Origin: Candidatus Uhrbacteria bacterium CG10_big_fil_rev_8_21_14_0_10_50_16
GTDB taxonomy: Bacteria > Patescibacteriota > Patescibacteriia > UBA9934 > UBA11717
Assembly: GCA_002774875.1 (NCBI GenBank)
Contig: PCYM01000001.1
Coordinates: 246,153 to 310,152, forward strand
Direction of reading: 5' to 3'
DNA: 64,000 nucleotides
This document shows positions 1-9,488 of this stretch, piece after piece. Made by a program: the position numbers and the translations under genes. How positions within the stretch are numbered: the stretch's first letter is position 1; each line of letters begins with the position of its first letter. A model generated the notes under the pieces. That model worked only from the letters and a program-made list of their open reading frames with translations. It ran no database searches and was not told the origin of the DNA.

Positions 1-16
1 CATATTTACTCCTAGT

Positions 17-1858
17 ATGTCAACGCTTCGTTATAAACTCGCAGAACTTCGTGGACGATCGATTCGCTTTCACAAACCCTCCACCACAACAACAATTGTT
101 AGCCTCGTCGTGGTAATCGTAATGGCCCTCTTTGGATACCGTTATATTACAAATAAGGCCCAAATGACCGAGACATCCGTTACGCCTGCCGTACAGATGA
201 TCGCCGTCAAAGATTACCGTGCCAATACAGGCGTGGTACAGGCATCCGGTGAGGTGACATCTGTGGATCAAGTCACCATTAAGAGCGAGGTAAACGTGCC
301 TGTACGTTCCGTTTTTGTGTCCATCGGGCAAACCGTTTACGCAGGTCAACCACTCGTAGAGTTTGAACATGGCGATGTGGATGCACAGCTTGCACAAGCA
401 AATGCTGGAGTTGATCAAGCTCGCGCCCTTCTCAATGTGCAGCTCGCCGGCGCGCGGGCAGAAGACCTTACACGTGCACACCTCGCTGTTACCCAAGCAG
501 AACAATCACTCTACCAGGTGATCGCCGCACAAGATCAAACACGAATTGCAAACGAGGCCGCTATGAGCACACTTACCGCCTCGTTAACCAACGCGACTAA
601 CAACAGCATCCGAACGGCGCAACAAGTACTCTCCACCACAACCGATGGATTGGTAACCGTTGCAACGTATCAACAAACCTATTTTAATTGCACATCCCAA
701 TCCGTGTGTCATAAAATTGAGCTTGCGAAACACGATGCAATGCGAGAAATTTTTGCGGTCAACAACGGTGGGCAATGGAATGCGGAAACAGTCTTAGCGC
801 AACGAGGTGGGTTAATTGCACGTGTGCAACAGCTTGCAGAAAGCTCACATCCAGATCCAATCGAACTCGATGGTGTGCTAACAGACTTACTCGCCGGGCT
901 GCAGGACACGCGAACCGCACTCATACTCACACGTGAGGGATTTGAATTGCCAGTGGCATTCGCAGCCACGTCAACGGACAAGACAACCGTTGAAACAAAG
1001 CGTGCAGCGGTCGATGCGGCTATTACAACCCTCCAAACACAAATCCAAACGTTACATTCCGTTCAGGGAAATGGATTTGTGGGAGGAGACGCAAAATCGC
1101 TCGCCGATGAACGCGCACGTGCAGAGGCAAGCCGGCGCGCCACAAACGCCAGTATAGAAATTGCACAAACTGTTCTTGCATCTGCGCGACAAACGCTTGC
1201 TATTTTAGAAAACGGACCACGCGACGTAGATCTTGCGTCTCTCTATGCAAGCGTCCGATCGGCCGAGGCCGCACGAGACGCGCTCTCGTCACAATATCGA
1301 CGCTACCTTATTACAGCTCCCTTTAACGGTGTCGTGGCGTCGCTCCCTGCACGTATGGGAGAGATCATTGGCGCCGGTCAAACCGTGATTTCTCTCATCA
1401 ATCCTGATCTTCTGGAGATCGTGGCCTACATAAGCGATCAAGATCGAGCCCTTGTGCAGGCTGGCGCATCCGTCACCATTCGCGACACACACCAAGGCAT
1501 CGTGAGTTTCGTAGCGCCAAGTATCAACCCCGCAATCGGTAAAATCGAACTCCGTATTACGGTCCTTGATCCCAGCGCCACACTCACTATAGGTCAAACG
1601 GTTCCGGTCGTGATTGAGCAAACCATCTCCACAACCGATGCTGAATCGTATCGCCTCCCCCTACCATCCGTACGCATTCGACCAGCAGGATCCTTTGTCC
1701 TCATTGTCGACGATCAAGGAACTATTCAAGAACAGCAGGTAGAAACAGGTGTCGTGTTTGGAGCGCGCGTTGAGATTCTCTCAGGACTGTCTGTCAATGA
1801 TTCCATCCTCGCTTCCGTCCGAGGTCTCTCCGTCGGAGATCAGGTAACCATTGACTAG
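17..1858 (+). CDS. RND efflux membrane-fusion (HlyD/AcrA-family) adaptor
   Basis: N-terminal TM, lipoyl-like half motifs (V..GQ.VYAGQPL; ITAPFNGVV), long coiled coil, directly upstream of an AcrB-family gene. Confidence 0.9.
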   Translation: MSTLRYKLAELRGRSIRFHKPSTTTTIVSLVVVIVMALFGYRYITNKAQMTETSVTPAVQMIAVKDYRANTGVVQASGEVTSVDQVTIKSEVNVPVRSVFVSIGQTVYAGQPLVEFEHGDVDAQLAQANAGVDQARALLNVQLAGARAEDLTRAHLAVTQAEQSLYQVIAAQDQTRIANEAAMSTLTASLTNATNNSIRTAQQVLSTTTDGLVTVATYQQTYFNCTSQSVCHKIELAKHDAMREIFAVNNGGQWNAETVLAQRGGLIARVQQLAESSHPDPIELDGVLTDLLAGLQDTRTALILTREGFELPVAFAATSTDKTTVETKRAAVDAAITTLQTQIQTLHSVQGNGFVGGDAKSLADERARAEASRRATNASIEIAQTVLASARQTLAILENGPRDVDLASLYASVRSAEAARDALSSQYRRYLITAPFNGVVASLPARMGEIIGAGQTVISLINPDLLEIVAYISDQDRALVQAGASVTIRDTHQGIVSFVAPSINPAIGKIELRITVLDPSATLTIGQTVPVVIEQTISTTDAESYRLPLPSVRIRPAGSFVLIVDDQGTIQEQQVETGVVFGARVEILSGLSVNDSILASVRGLSVGDQVTID

Positions 1859-1859
1859 T

Positions 1860-4800
1860 ATGTGGGCATTTTTTGTCACACATAGACAGTTCACAACCAT
1901 CATTACGATTGCCGTGGTGTTACTTGGTTTTGTCTCGACCATCCAAATTCCAAAAGAATCCAACCCGGACATTGCAATTCCGATCGTGGTTATCTCAACT
2001 CCCTTCCCCGGTGCCAACGCCGTAGACGTTGAATCGTTTGTCACGAAACCGATTGAAGACGCAGTGCTCGGACTCGCCGATATCGATGAAGTTACTTCTT
2101 CCTCGTCTCTTGGAATGTCGTCCGTGGTGGTGAGTTTTACCATCGGCGTTGACGCGAAAGAAAAACGCGACAGTGTGCAAGAGGTTGTGGACGCGATTTC
2201 TTACAAACTTCCAACGGACGCAAACGACCCGAACATCGCACGCGTCAGTTTTGATGATCGGCCTATTAAGGTCTATGCGCTGGGCGGTCCTTATCCGTTA
2301 GAGCAACTCAACGAGTTTGCAAAGGACCTGCAAGCAGATTTAGAACGCATCCCTGGCGTCTCTAGAGCACCTATTGTTGGAGGTGCCGACCGAGAGGTGC
2401 GTGTTCTTGTAAGTCCGCAACGATTAGACCAGTTTGACCTGAGCTTGTCCCAGGTCACCATGGCCATCTCGCGCGCCAACTCTAATATTCCCGTTGGAAC
2501 CATTGAGACAGCCAACCAGGAATACAGCGTTCGTTTTGAAGGTCGACTCACGGATCCAACACAGCTCAATGCGCTTCCTATTACCTCTCGGGGTGGTGCA
2601 ATTATTACCGTAAGCGATGTGGCAACGGTTATTGACGGATACACCACGCGTAACAGTGCCTCGCAACTCAGTCTCGACGGACAACCCGCTGCACCTTCCG
2701 TAACGCTTCAGATTGTTAAATCGGATGAAGGCAACATTTTGGATATTGTAAGCGCTGCAGACATCGTCTTTGCACGTGCGCGAGAGAATGATCTCCCACG
2801 TGATGTCAACATTGAGGTGGTGGATGATGACGCCCAATTTATTAAAGATGATCTGCGCAATCTGGGAGTCAGTGGACTACAGACAAGTTTTATTGTCTTC
2901 CTGCTTATCCTTGTGTTTCTTGGATGGCGGGAGTCGATCTTGGCGAGCTTAACGATTCCCGTCACGTTCCTCATTACGTTTGCCTGTCTCCAATTCCTCG
3001 GTTACACCCTCAATTTCCTCACGCTCTTTTCCTTGATTTTGTCGCTTGGAATCCTTGTAGACGGATCCATCGTGATGACGGAAGGGTTACACGCGCACAT
3101 GCAGTCCAGTATTACACCTAAGCAAGCGGCACTAAAAACCGTTAGGGAATTTAGCGCACCGTTGATTGCCGGGACACTCACAACGGTCTTTGCTTTTGTT
3201 CCCATGCTGCTCTCCTCCGGTTTGATTGGCGAGTTCATTAAGAGCATACCGGTAACGGTCAGTATCGTGTTGTTTGCGTCCCTCTTTGTTGCGCTTGCGC
3301 TCATTCCAACATTTGGCATGCAGCTTCTGTCTGATCGTATGGCACCATCAAAGCATTTTCAGGGATTCCGACGATGGGCAGTCGCGTTTGGATACAATCG
3401 TGTACAACACTTTTTTGCCCGCGCGCAGCAACAACGCGAGCAGATGGTGAAGTATATGCAGGATTGGTACGTTGCATCCCTCTCACGTTTTATGAATCAA
3501 CCAAAGCGTCGCAAACGGCTCACGCGCCTTCTTGTCGTTGGATTTATCATAAGCATCGCACTCCCAGTGACAGGCATTTTGCAGGTGGATATGTTTCCAG
3601 CCACGGATCTTGATCGTCTCTATGTTGATGTCACCTTCCCAATTGGGACACCCTTGGAGATTACCATGGAATCCATGGACCGTATTGAGTCTGTCTTGTC
3701 AGAAGACGATCGGATAACCTCCTACCTCATGAGTTCCGGTGCCGGTTCTCCACTTCGTGGTGGGTCTGGCGGGCATGTTGGGTCAATGGTGCTAAATCTC
3801 GTGGACCGATCAAAACGTCCAGATAGTCGCGATCTCGTACAGGAGCTTGAGGGGAATCTTAAACCACTTATTCCCCTTGCCACCGTCACGGTCTCACAAC
3901 TTTCTAATGGTCCAGACTCGGCACTACCCATTGAGATTCTTCTAAAGGGACCCGAGTTGGAAACGCTCGAAGAACTTGCGCGCACGTTTGAATCAGAGCT
4001 CAAAACTATTCCCGGCGCTCGCAACGTGTCGACCAGTATCCAAGAAACCGCCGGAGAGTTTGTGTTTGAACTCGACCGCGCAGCGATTGCTCAGTATGGA
4101 CTCTCTGCGTTTGACGTTGCCTCCGAGCTCCGTACGGCAGCGTTTGGGTCCAAGGCGACCACCATCGCAACCGTTACAGATGACCTGGATGTTGTGGTTA
4201 AATATCGCTTTAACGGAAACGACGATCAAGGAACCAAAAATCGCATCACCATTGATCAACTCGCCTCCATCACCATTCAAACGCCAGGCGGAGATATTCC
4301 GTTGAGCCGCTTCTTGTCCACGCACCTCACGCAAAGTCGCGCATCCATTTCGCACACAGATGGCGATCGTGTGGTTCGTGTCACGAGTTCCACGGCCAAG
4401 GACGTCACCGCCACAAGTATCTTTAATGAGATCCGTGCGCGTATGGAGCACATTGAGATTCCAGACGGCTACACCGTGACGCTTGGTGGACAGGACGAGA
4501 GCACACAACAGTCGTTTGCCGACCTCTACAAGGCGATGATCATTGGAATCTTCTTGATTGGTGCACTCCTCGTCCTGCAGTTCAACTCGTACCGACAACC
4601 CCTGTTTATCTTGTCGAGTATTCCCCTTTCGTTAATTGGTGTTTTGCCAGGACTCAGTCTTATTGGTCAGCCATTGAGTTTCCCTGGCATGATTGGAATC
4701 GTGGCACTCGCCGGTATTGTGGTAAATAACGGTATTATCCTCGTAGACCGGATCAATGAAAATCAATACAATCACCTACAAAAAAGTGACGCCATTCGAG

Positions 4801-5006
4801 AAGCCGCCGGCGCACGCTTGCGACCGATCCTTTTGACCACCATTACGACCATTGCCGGACTTTTACCTCTTGCACTCACGCAACCGTCCTGGGCACCGCT
4901 TGGATTTGCCATTATTTTTGGCCTGTTATTTGCCACCGTTCTCACGCTTTACGTGGTTCCATTGCTCTATCAACGGTTTGGAGAAACCCTCTCTAACCAG
5001 GCATAA
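1860..5006 (+). CDS. AcrB/AcrD/AcrF-family RND efflux permease
   Basis: ~1050 aa with RND motifs (GILVDGSIV, GIVVNNGIILVD, RLRPILLTT); ATG at 1860 in a TAG-T-ATG junction. Confidence 0.95.
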   Translation: MWAFFVTHRQFTTIITIAVVLLGFVSTIQIPKESNPDIAIPIVVISTPFPGANAVDVESFVTKPIEDAVLGLADIDEVTSSSSLGMSSVVVSFTIGVDAKEKRDSVQEVVDAISYKLPTDANDPNIARVSFDDRPIKVYALGGPYPLEQLNEFAKDLQADLERIPGVSRAPIVGGADREVRVLVSPQRLDQFDLSLSQVTMAISRANSNIPVGTIETANQEYSVRFEGRLTDPTQLNALPITSRGGAIITVSDVATVIDGYTTRNSASQLSLDGQPAAPSVTLQIVKSDEGNILDIVSAADIVFARARENDLPRDVNIEVVDDDAQFIKDDLRNLGVSGLQTSFIVFLLILVFLGWRESILASLTIPVTFLITFACLQFLGYTLNFLTLFSLILSLGILVDGSIVMTEGLHAHMQSSITPKQAALKTVREFSAPLIAGTLTTVFAFVPMLLSSGLIGEFIKSIPVTVSIVLFASLFVALALIPTFGMQLLSDRMAPSKHFQGFRRWAVAFGYNRVQHFFARAQQQREQMVKYMQDWYVASLSRFMNQPKRRKRLTRLLVVGFIISIALPVTGILQVDMFPATDLDRLYVDVTFPIGTPLEITMESMDRIESVLSEDDRITSYLMSSGAGSPLRGGSGGHVGSMVLNLVDRSKRPDSRDLVQELEGNLKPLIPLATVTVSQLSNGPDSALPIEILLKGPELETLEELARTFESELKTIPGARNVSTSIQETAGEFVFELDRAAIAQYGLSAFDVASELRTAAFGSKATTIATVTDDLDVVVKYRFNGNDDQGTKNRITIDQLASITIQTPGGDIPLSRFLSTHLTQSRASISHTDGDRVVRVTSSTAKDVTATSIFNEIRARMEHIEIPDGYTVTLGGQDESTQQSFADLYKAMIIGIFLIGALLVLQFNSYRQPLFILSSIPLSLIGVLPGLSLIGQPLSFPGMIGIVALAGIVVNNGIILVDRINENQYNHLQKSDAIREAAGARLRPILLTTITTIAGLLPLALTQPSWAPLGFAIIFGLLFATVLTLYVVPLLYQRFGETLSNQA

Positions 5007-5124
5007 TTATCCACAAACGTGATTGTGCTTGACAACAATACGTATTTGTGGCATAGTCTTGGGGCTTTCTTGTTCCTGTAACACGTAATAAGAGAGTTCG
5101 TTTATTCACTCAGTTCGCTCTTAC

Positions 5125-5379
5125 ATGCAGAACAAGCTATTTGTTGGCGGCCTACCATGGGCCGTTGATGACGCTCAGCTCGAAGAGATCTTTGCCCCAC
5201 ACGGTGAAGTGACCTCAGCTCGCGTTGTCACAGACAAGTTCACAGGGAAGAGCCGCGGATTCGGATTCGTCGAATTTGCAACAGACGAGCAAGCGCAAGC
5301 TGCCGTCGATGCAATGGATGGATCAGAACTTGGCGGACGCACCATCAATGTGAACGTTGCTCGCCCAAAGGGAGAGTAA
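5125..5379 (+). CDS. RRM (RNP-1) RNA-binding protein
   Basis: RNP2 LFVGGL and RNP1 RGFGFVEF; TTGACA at 5029; hairpin terminator at 5398-5421. Confidence 0.95.
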   Translation: MQNKLFVGGLPWAVDDAQLEEIFAPHGEVTSARVVTDKFTGKSRGFGFVEFATDEQAQAAVDAMDGSELGGRTINVNVARPKGE

Positions 5380-5433
5380 TTCTCGCAAGAGATATCCAAA
5401 ACACCCCTCACGGGGTGTTTTGAGTTTTCAAGG

Positions 5434-5697
5434 TTATTTTGCGTCTCCTTGTAACCGGGTGAGCTTAAAATCCCACACCATCGGCTCCACGTCTACCTCG
5501 GCCTGGTACCGTGTCCCACAAACATCACAAGTCATCTCCCATATTTGATAGCCCATAGAGAGATCCACGCCTGCCATTCCCGGGAGCGCTCTTACCGTCG
5601 CGGGTATTCCCTCACTCTCTTTATCCAAAAAATCGATCGATACCCTGTCGGGGATCGTCGTACACCGCGCACATGCATTCCAAGGAGATCTGATCAT
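5434..5697 (-). CDS. small hypothetical protein with two CxxC pairs (possible Zn-binding)
   Basis: CARC and CDVC motifs; ends next to the bidirectional hairpin at 5398-5421. Confidence 0.45.
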   Translation of the reverse strand: MIRSPWNACARCTTIPDRVSIDFLDKESEGIPATVRALPGMAGVDLSMGYQIWEMTCDVCGTRYQAEVDVEPMVWDFKLTRLQGDAK

Positions 5698-5871
5698 AAG
5701 GATATTTTTACGTGGGCCATGTATACTTTAACAGATCGATTCGTGGTCAACAGACATCCCCACGATTAGCTGCGCTATCGATATTTTTATAGGTGTGTGG
5801 CATAGAAGATTCAAGTATTTTTACGCGTGTTGATACACATCACTGGTCATGTGCGGTTGTACCTAAATAAT

Positions 5872-6435
5872 TTATTTGCTTATTGTAATAACTTTTGATC
5901 CAAACACGTACACAATCTGTGTTGATCCTAGCTGCGTGACAAGCGCATCTTCCTTTGGATACGTGTGACCGTGCAAAAGATACCCGGGCGCTTTTTGCTC
6001 AACGTATTCTCGTAATCCCTTGTATCCTGCATGAACAGAATCATCTGGTTCATCATTTACCCCAAACGGAGGAGCATGACAGAGCATAACATCTACACGT
6101 GAAAAATCACGTAGTAATTCGATCGATTCCTCCTGCGTGTACATTTTGGCAGACGTGTTTTTGTAACGTACGCATCCTTCAAATCCCCCAAACGTAACCC
6201 CATCAATCTCCAACGTTCGCAGATGCATATTCTCAATTCCCAGTTCCGTCATGTACATTCCTGAGCAATGATTGCCATAGACGCCTAGTTTTGGGATATC
6301 GGTGATCTGCTCCAGCTCGTAAATTTGTTGTTGTTCCAAATCTCCAAGTGTCACGATTACGTCGATCGCGTGTTTTAAGAGGATCGTCTTGATAGGTTGA
6401 TCCGGCGGTCTGTCCGCAATGGCGAGTATTTGCAT
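5872..6435 (-). CDS. calcineurin-like metallophosphoesterase
   Basis: IAD, LGD, GNH, HAPP and HGHT motifs; start trimmed to MQILAIAD behind a TGnTATACT box. Confidence 0.9.
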   Translation of the reverse strand: MQILAIADRPPDQPIKTILLKHAIDVIVTLGDLEQQQIYELEQITDIPKLGVYGNHCSGMYMTELGIENMHLRTLEIDGVTFGGFEGCVRYKNTSAKMYTQEESIELLRDFSRVDVMLCHAPPFGVNDEPDDSVHAGYKGLREYVEQKAPGYLLHGHTYPKEDALVTQLGSTQIVYVFGSKVITISK

Positions 6436-6597
6436 AGGATCTAAGTATAGCAAAATATACAACGTAAAGAGTATCTATAAAAAACCTGCACGGGCAGGCT
6501 CAACTCAAAGAGGCACTAACGATGTGGGCATCCAGGCCAGCAGCACGGGCGGCGTTTACGGATCACTAAAAAAACGTGATAAATCACGTTTTTTTGC

Positions 6598-6682
6598 TGG
6601 TGGGCCGGGAAGGACTCGAACCTTCGTAGGCAATGCCAGCAGGTTTACAGCCTGCCCTCGTTGACCGCTTGAGTACCGACCC
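6598..6682 (-). tRNA. tRNA-Tyr(GTA)
   Basis: Cloverleaf GGGTCGG...GCAGG-CTGTAAA-CCTGC, long variable arm, TTCGAGT T-loop, CCA end. Confidence 0.97.
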
Positions 6683-6709
6683 ATAGATTGTTGCTTATCC
6701 AAAATTCAC

Positions 6710-6785
6710 TGGAGCCACCTATCGGACTCGAACCGATGACCTACGGTTTACAAAACCGTTGCTCTACCAACTGAGCTAAGGTGGC
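6710..6785 (-). tRNA. tRNA-Thr(TGT)
   Basis: 76-nt cloverleaf GCCACCT...ACGGT-TTTGTAA-ACCGT...AGGTGGCTCCA. Confidence 0.97.
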
Positions 6786-6806
6786 CTCTCTCAAATAAGC
6801 AGTGGC

Positions 6807-6835
6807 ATTGTACCCAACAAAAATCCACCTGTCAA
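6807..6835 (-). promoter_or_regulatory. sigma70 promoter of the tRNA-Thr/tRNA-Tyr pair
   Basis: TTGACA-N17-TACAAT on the minus strand. Confidence 0.85.
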
Positions 6836-6848
6836 CGCTCAGTCGCTC

Positions 6849-7589
6849 CTACGTATACAGGCGCAAAAACCACGGCTCTAACCACAAAAATAGCACAGCA
6901 GCCATCATGAGGTATGCTCCCAGTGGAAGATGCATCTGCTTTTTAGCCCGCCCGTGCCCAATCAGCCAAAGAGCGTGCGTAGCCCCAATAACATATCCCA
7001 ATCCAATGGCAATCAACACCATCGGCCATCCAAACGCCGCGCCCAAGAGCACACCAATCCAGACATCCCCAAAACCGATCGCCCTGCCTTGGGTCACCAG
7101 ATATTGAAGCAAAAATACACCCCCACCAACAATCATCCCCATACCGGCATGATCTATTGTCAATGGCCAAGAAATTCCAAGAATCCCTATGGTCGCAATC
7201 CATGTTTCCGGGACAGCAACAAGTTGTTTCTCTGCGTCTAATCGAATCGCGTACAGCGCGTAGATCACCAAAACTGCTCCAAGCAACGCCGCTCTCAGAT
7301 CTGTAAATAGCAAACTCGCAACATAGGCGCCGCCCACAAACCCGATCAGTTCCGTCGTGAGATACCACCCAGAATAGATCTTCTTGCAACAGGCAGTCCT
7401 CCCGCGAGACAATACGTAACTCACGATAGGAATCAACACATACCACGGCAACACCTCTGCACAAACATCACAGATAGAACGTCCAGTTGTCCAAGAATGC
7501 CCCGTTCCTCGCCGCATAACGGCGCACGAGATAGCACTTGCAAGTGCTGCACCCACAACACCTCCAACCAATAGAATAAACCATGTCAT
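6849..7589 (-). CDS. pilD: prepilin peptidase (A24, PilD-like)
   Basis: GRS.CxxC...W...IP..S...RGR..CC N-domain, GFGD catalytic motif, LPLGAYL C-terminal motif. Confidence 0.85.
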   Translation of the reverse strand: MTWFILLVGGVVGAALASAISCAVMRRGTGHSWTTGRSICDVCAEVLPWYVLIPIVSYVLSRGRTACCKKIYSGWYLTTELIGFVGGAYVASLLFTDLRAALLGAVLVIYALYAIRLDAEKQLVAVPETWIATIGILGISWPLTIDHAGMGMIVGGGVFLLQYLVTQGRAIGFGDVWIGVLLGAAFGWPMVLIAIGLGYVIGATHALWLIGHGRAKKQMHLPLGAYLMMAAVLFLWLEPWFLRLYT

Positions 7590-7687
7590 AGACAGAATTT
7601 GTTTTCTTGTGACCCCACTATACCCTCTCCTCACCCATCCGCCCACCTACACTTGCTGTCTGGCGCAAAATCACCTACCATCCACGC

Positions 7688-8035
7688 ATGAAGATCTCTG
7701 GAATCGTCCAAAAAGGGCAACAACGCGCGCGAGATTTTGGCTATCCAACCGCCAATATCCATCTGGACTCATACAATAAGGAGCCGGGCACGTATGCGGC
7801 GCACGCAACGGTTTTTGGTTCCACCTATCCCGCGGCCGCCTACATAAGCAAGCGCCACGGAGCCTGGATGTGCGAAGTGCATCTCTTTGACGTAGAAATG
7901 AATTTATACGGTGCAGAAATGACCGTAGACCTCCTCTCCCACGTAAGCCCCATAGACCCCTTTGAAAGCAGGCAACAAATGCAAAAAAAGATCCACAAGG
8001 ATATGCGCGATGTCCGCTTTTTTCACAACCCCTAG
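7688..8035 (+). CDS. stand-alone riboflavin kinase domain
   Basis: G...ARDFGYPTANI and EVHLFD...LYG motifs of the RibF kinase domain; no FAD synthetase domain. Confidence 0.9.
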   Translation: MKISGIVQKGQQRARDFGYPTANIHLDSYNKEPGTYAAHATVFGSTYPAAAYISKRHGAWMCEVHLFDVEMNLYGAEMTVDLLSHVSPIDPFESRQQMQKKIHKDMRDVRFFHNP

Positions 8036-8036
8036 T

Positions 8037-8630
8037 ATGTTTACCGGTATTATTAAGCAGCTTGGAACAATTACTTCCATGGATCGTCACGGCGATGATA
8101 TGCGACTCTGCGTAGAGATACACCCTGTGCCAGAGGTAGACATCGGCGCCAGCGTCTCCAACAGCGGTGTGTGTTTAACGGTGGTAGAAACAAGCAACTC
8201 GCGGCTTTCTTTTGACGTCATGACGCAAACCGTAAAGCTCACCTCGCTTGCCAATAAAAACGTTGGCGATCAACTCAATATTGAGACGTCTCTGCGTGTT
8301 GGAGATGAAATGGGCGGGCACTTTGTGTATGGACACGTGGATGGTGTGGCGCATGTGACACAGATTCAGCAAAAGGGCGACTCGGTTGTGATGACCATTC
8401 AACCGCCAGAGCACTTGATGCGCTACTTGGCACCGCAGGGATCCGTGGCCATCGACGGCGTGAGTCTCACAGTTGCCGATCAACGCGAACATGATTTTGA
8501 CGTGTCGCTTATTGATCACACTATGAAGGTCACGACACTCGGGCGTCTGACGGTCGGGGCGGCAGTCAATATAGAGGTAGATATGATGATGAAGTACTTA
8601 GATCGACTCACCAACGCAAAACCTGTATGA
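8037..8630 (+). CDS. ribE: riboflavin synthase (alpha chain)
   Basis: MFTGII N-terminus, GVCLTV, GGHFVYGHVDG, GVSLTV repeats. Confidence 0.95.
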   Translation: MFTGIIKQLGTITSMDRHGDDMRLCVEIHPVPEVDIGASVSNSGVCLTVVETSNSRLSFDVMTQTVKLTSLANKNVGDQLNIETSLRVGDEMGGHFVYGHVDGVAHVTQIQQKGDSVVMTIQPPEHLMRYLAPQGSVAIDGVSLTVADQREHDFDVSLIDHTMKVTTLGRLTVGAAVNIEVDMMMKYLDRLTNAKPV

Positions 8631-9109
8631 GGCTCCCAATCAGAAAAGCAGAGCAAGAGCGGCTCGAGAACCAGATTGTAGATCATCACATGACGGCCGG
8701 TAAGTTAGAGCGGCTCAAAGCGGAACTTGCGCGTTTGCAGCGCGAGCATCCGGAGGCCAAGGAAGAGATGCAACGAACGGCGGAGGAAGGTGACTTTTCT
8801 GAGAACGCTGGGTACCAAGATGCAAAACGGCGTCTGCGTGGCATGAATTCTCGCATGCTCAGGTTGCAGGAACGGATTTCCCAGGCGGTTGTGATCAACG
8901 ACGGACCCACAGACGGCACGGTTGGCATCGGCTCCACCGTTGTTTTAAAAAATACACAGGGTGAGCGAACCTTTAGGATTGTCGGCGCGCAGGAGGTAGA
9001 CCTAAGCAAGGGTCGCATCTCGCACGTCTCGCCGCTTGGCGCAGCATTGTTGGGCAAACGCCCCGGTGACTCCGTAACCGTGGGTAGCACCGTTTGGGAG
9101 ATACAATAA
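8627..9109 (+). CDS. greA: GreA/GreB transcription elongation factor
   Basis: GDFSENAGY acidic tip and IS..SPLG.ALLG motif. Confidence 0.9.
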   Translation: MRLPIRKAEQERLENQIVDHHMTAGKLERLKAELARLQREHPEAKEEMQRTAEEGDFSENAGYQDAKRRLRGMNSRMLRLQERISQAVVINDGPTDGTVGIGSTVVLKNTQGERTFRIVGAQEVDLSKGRISHVSPLGAALLGKRPGDSVTVGSTVWEIQ

Positions 9110-9267
9110 TTGATCACGTACCGATGCATCTACCCACCACTTACTGGTGGGTTTTTGTTTTTGTATCTCCTTGCCCTTCGATCCCCTCTAACACATTATA
9201 ATTTATCCCCATTTCAGATATCACTTTTGTCGTACCTACGACATTCTTGATACACGAAAAGGATCAC

Positions 9268-9294
9268 AAAAAAGAGCCCGAAGGCTCTTTTTTC
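9268..9294. terminator. bidirectional intrinsic terminator
   Basis: AAAAAAGAGCC-CGAA-GGCTCTTTTTT between convergent units. Confidence 0.75.
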
Positions 9295-9355
9295 TTCCAT
9301 ACCCCATTTCCCATCAACCATCCCCCATCTACTATTCCTCGTTCCTCATCTTCCC

Positions 9356-9487
9356 CTAAAACATGATCATCACAAGCAACGTCGCGCCGATGCCGCACAC
9401 AAACCCAAATACAAAGCTTGTTTTGGACGGCATGCCAATTAAGAATTTCCACATAGAACCAGACGCACCTGATTTTTTTGACAACAT
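9356..9487 (-). CDS. 43-aa single-TM small protein coupled to copA (not in ORF track)
   Basis: Hand translation MLSKKSGASGSMWKFLIGMPSKTSFVFGFVCGIGATLLVMIMF*; ATG one base after the copA stop (TAG-T-ATG). Confidence 0.6.
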   Translation of the reverse strand: MLSKKSGASGSMWKFLIGMPSKTSFVFGFVCGIGATLLVMIMF

Positions 9488-9488
9488 A

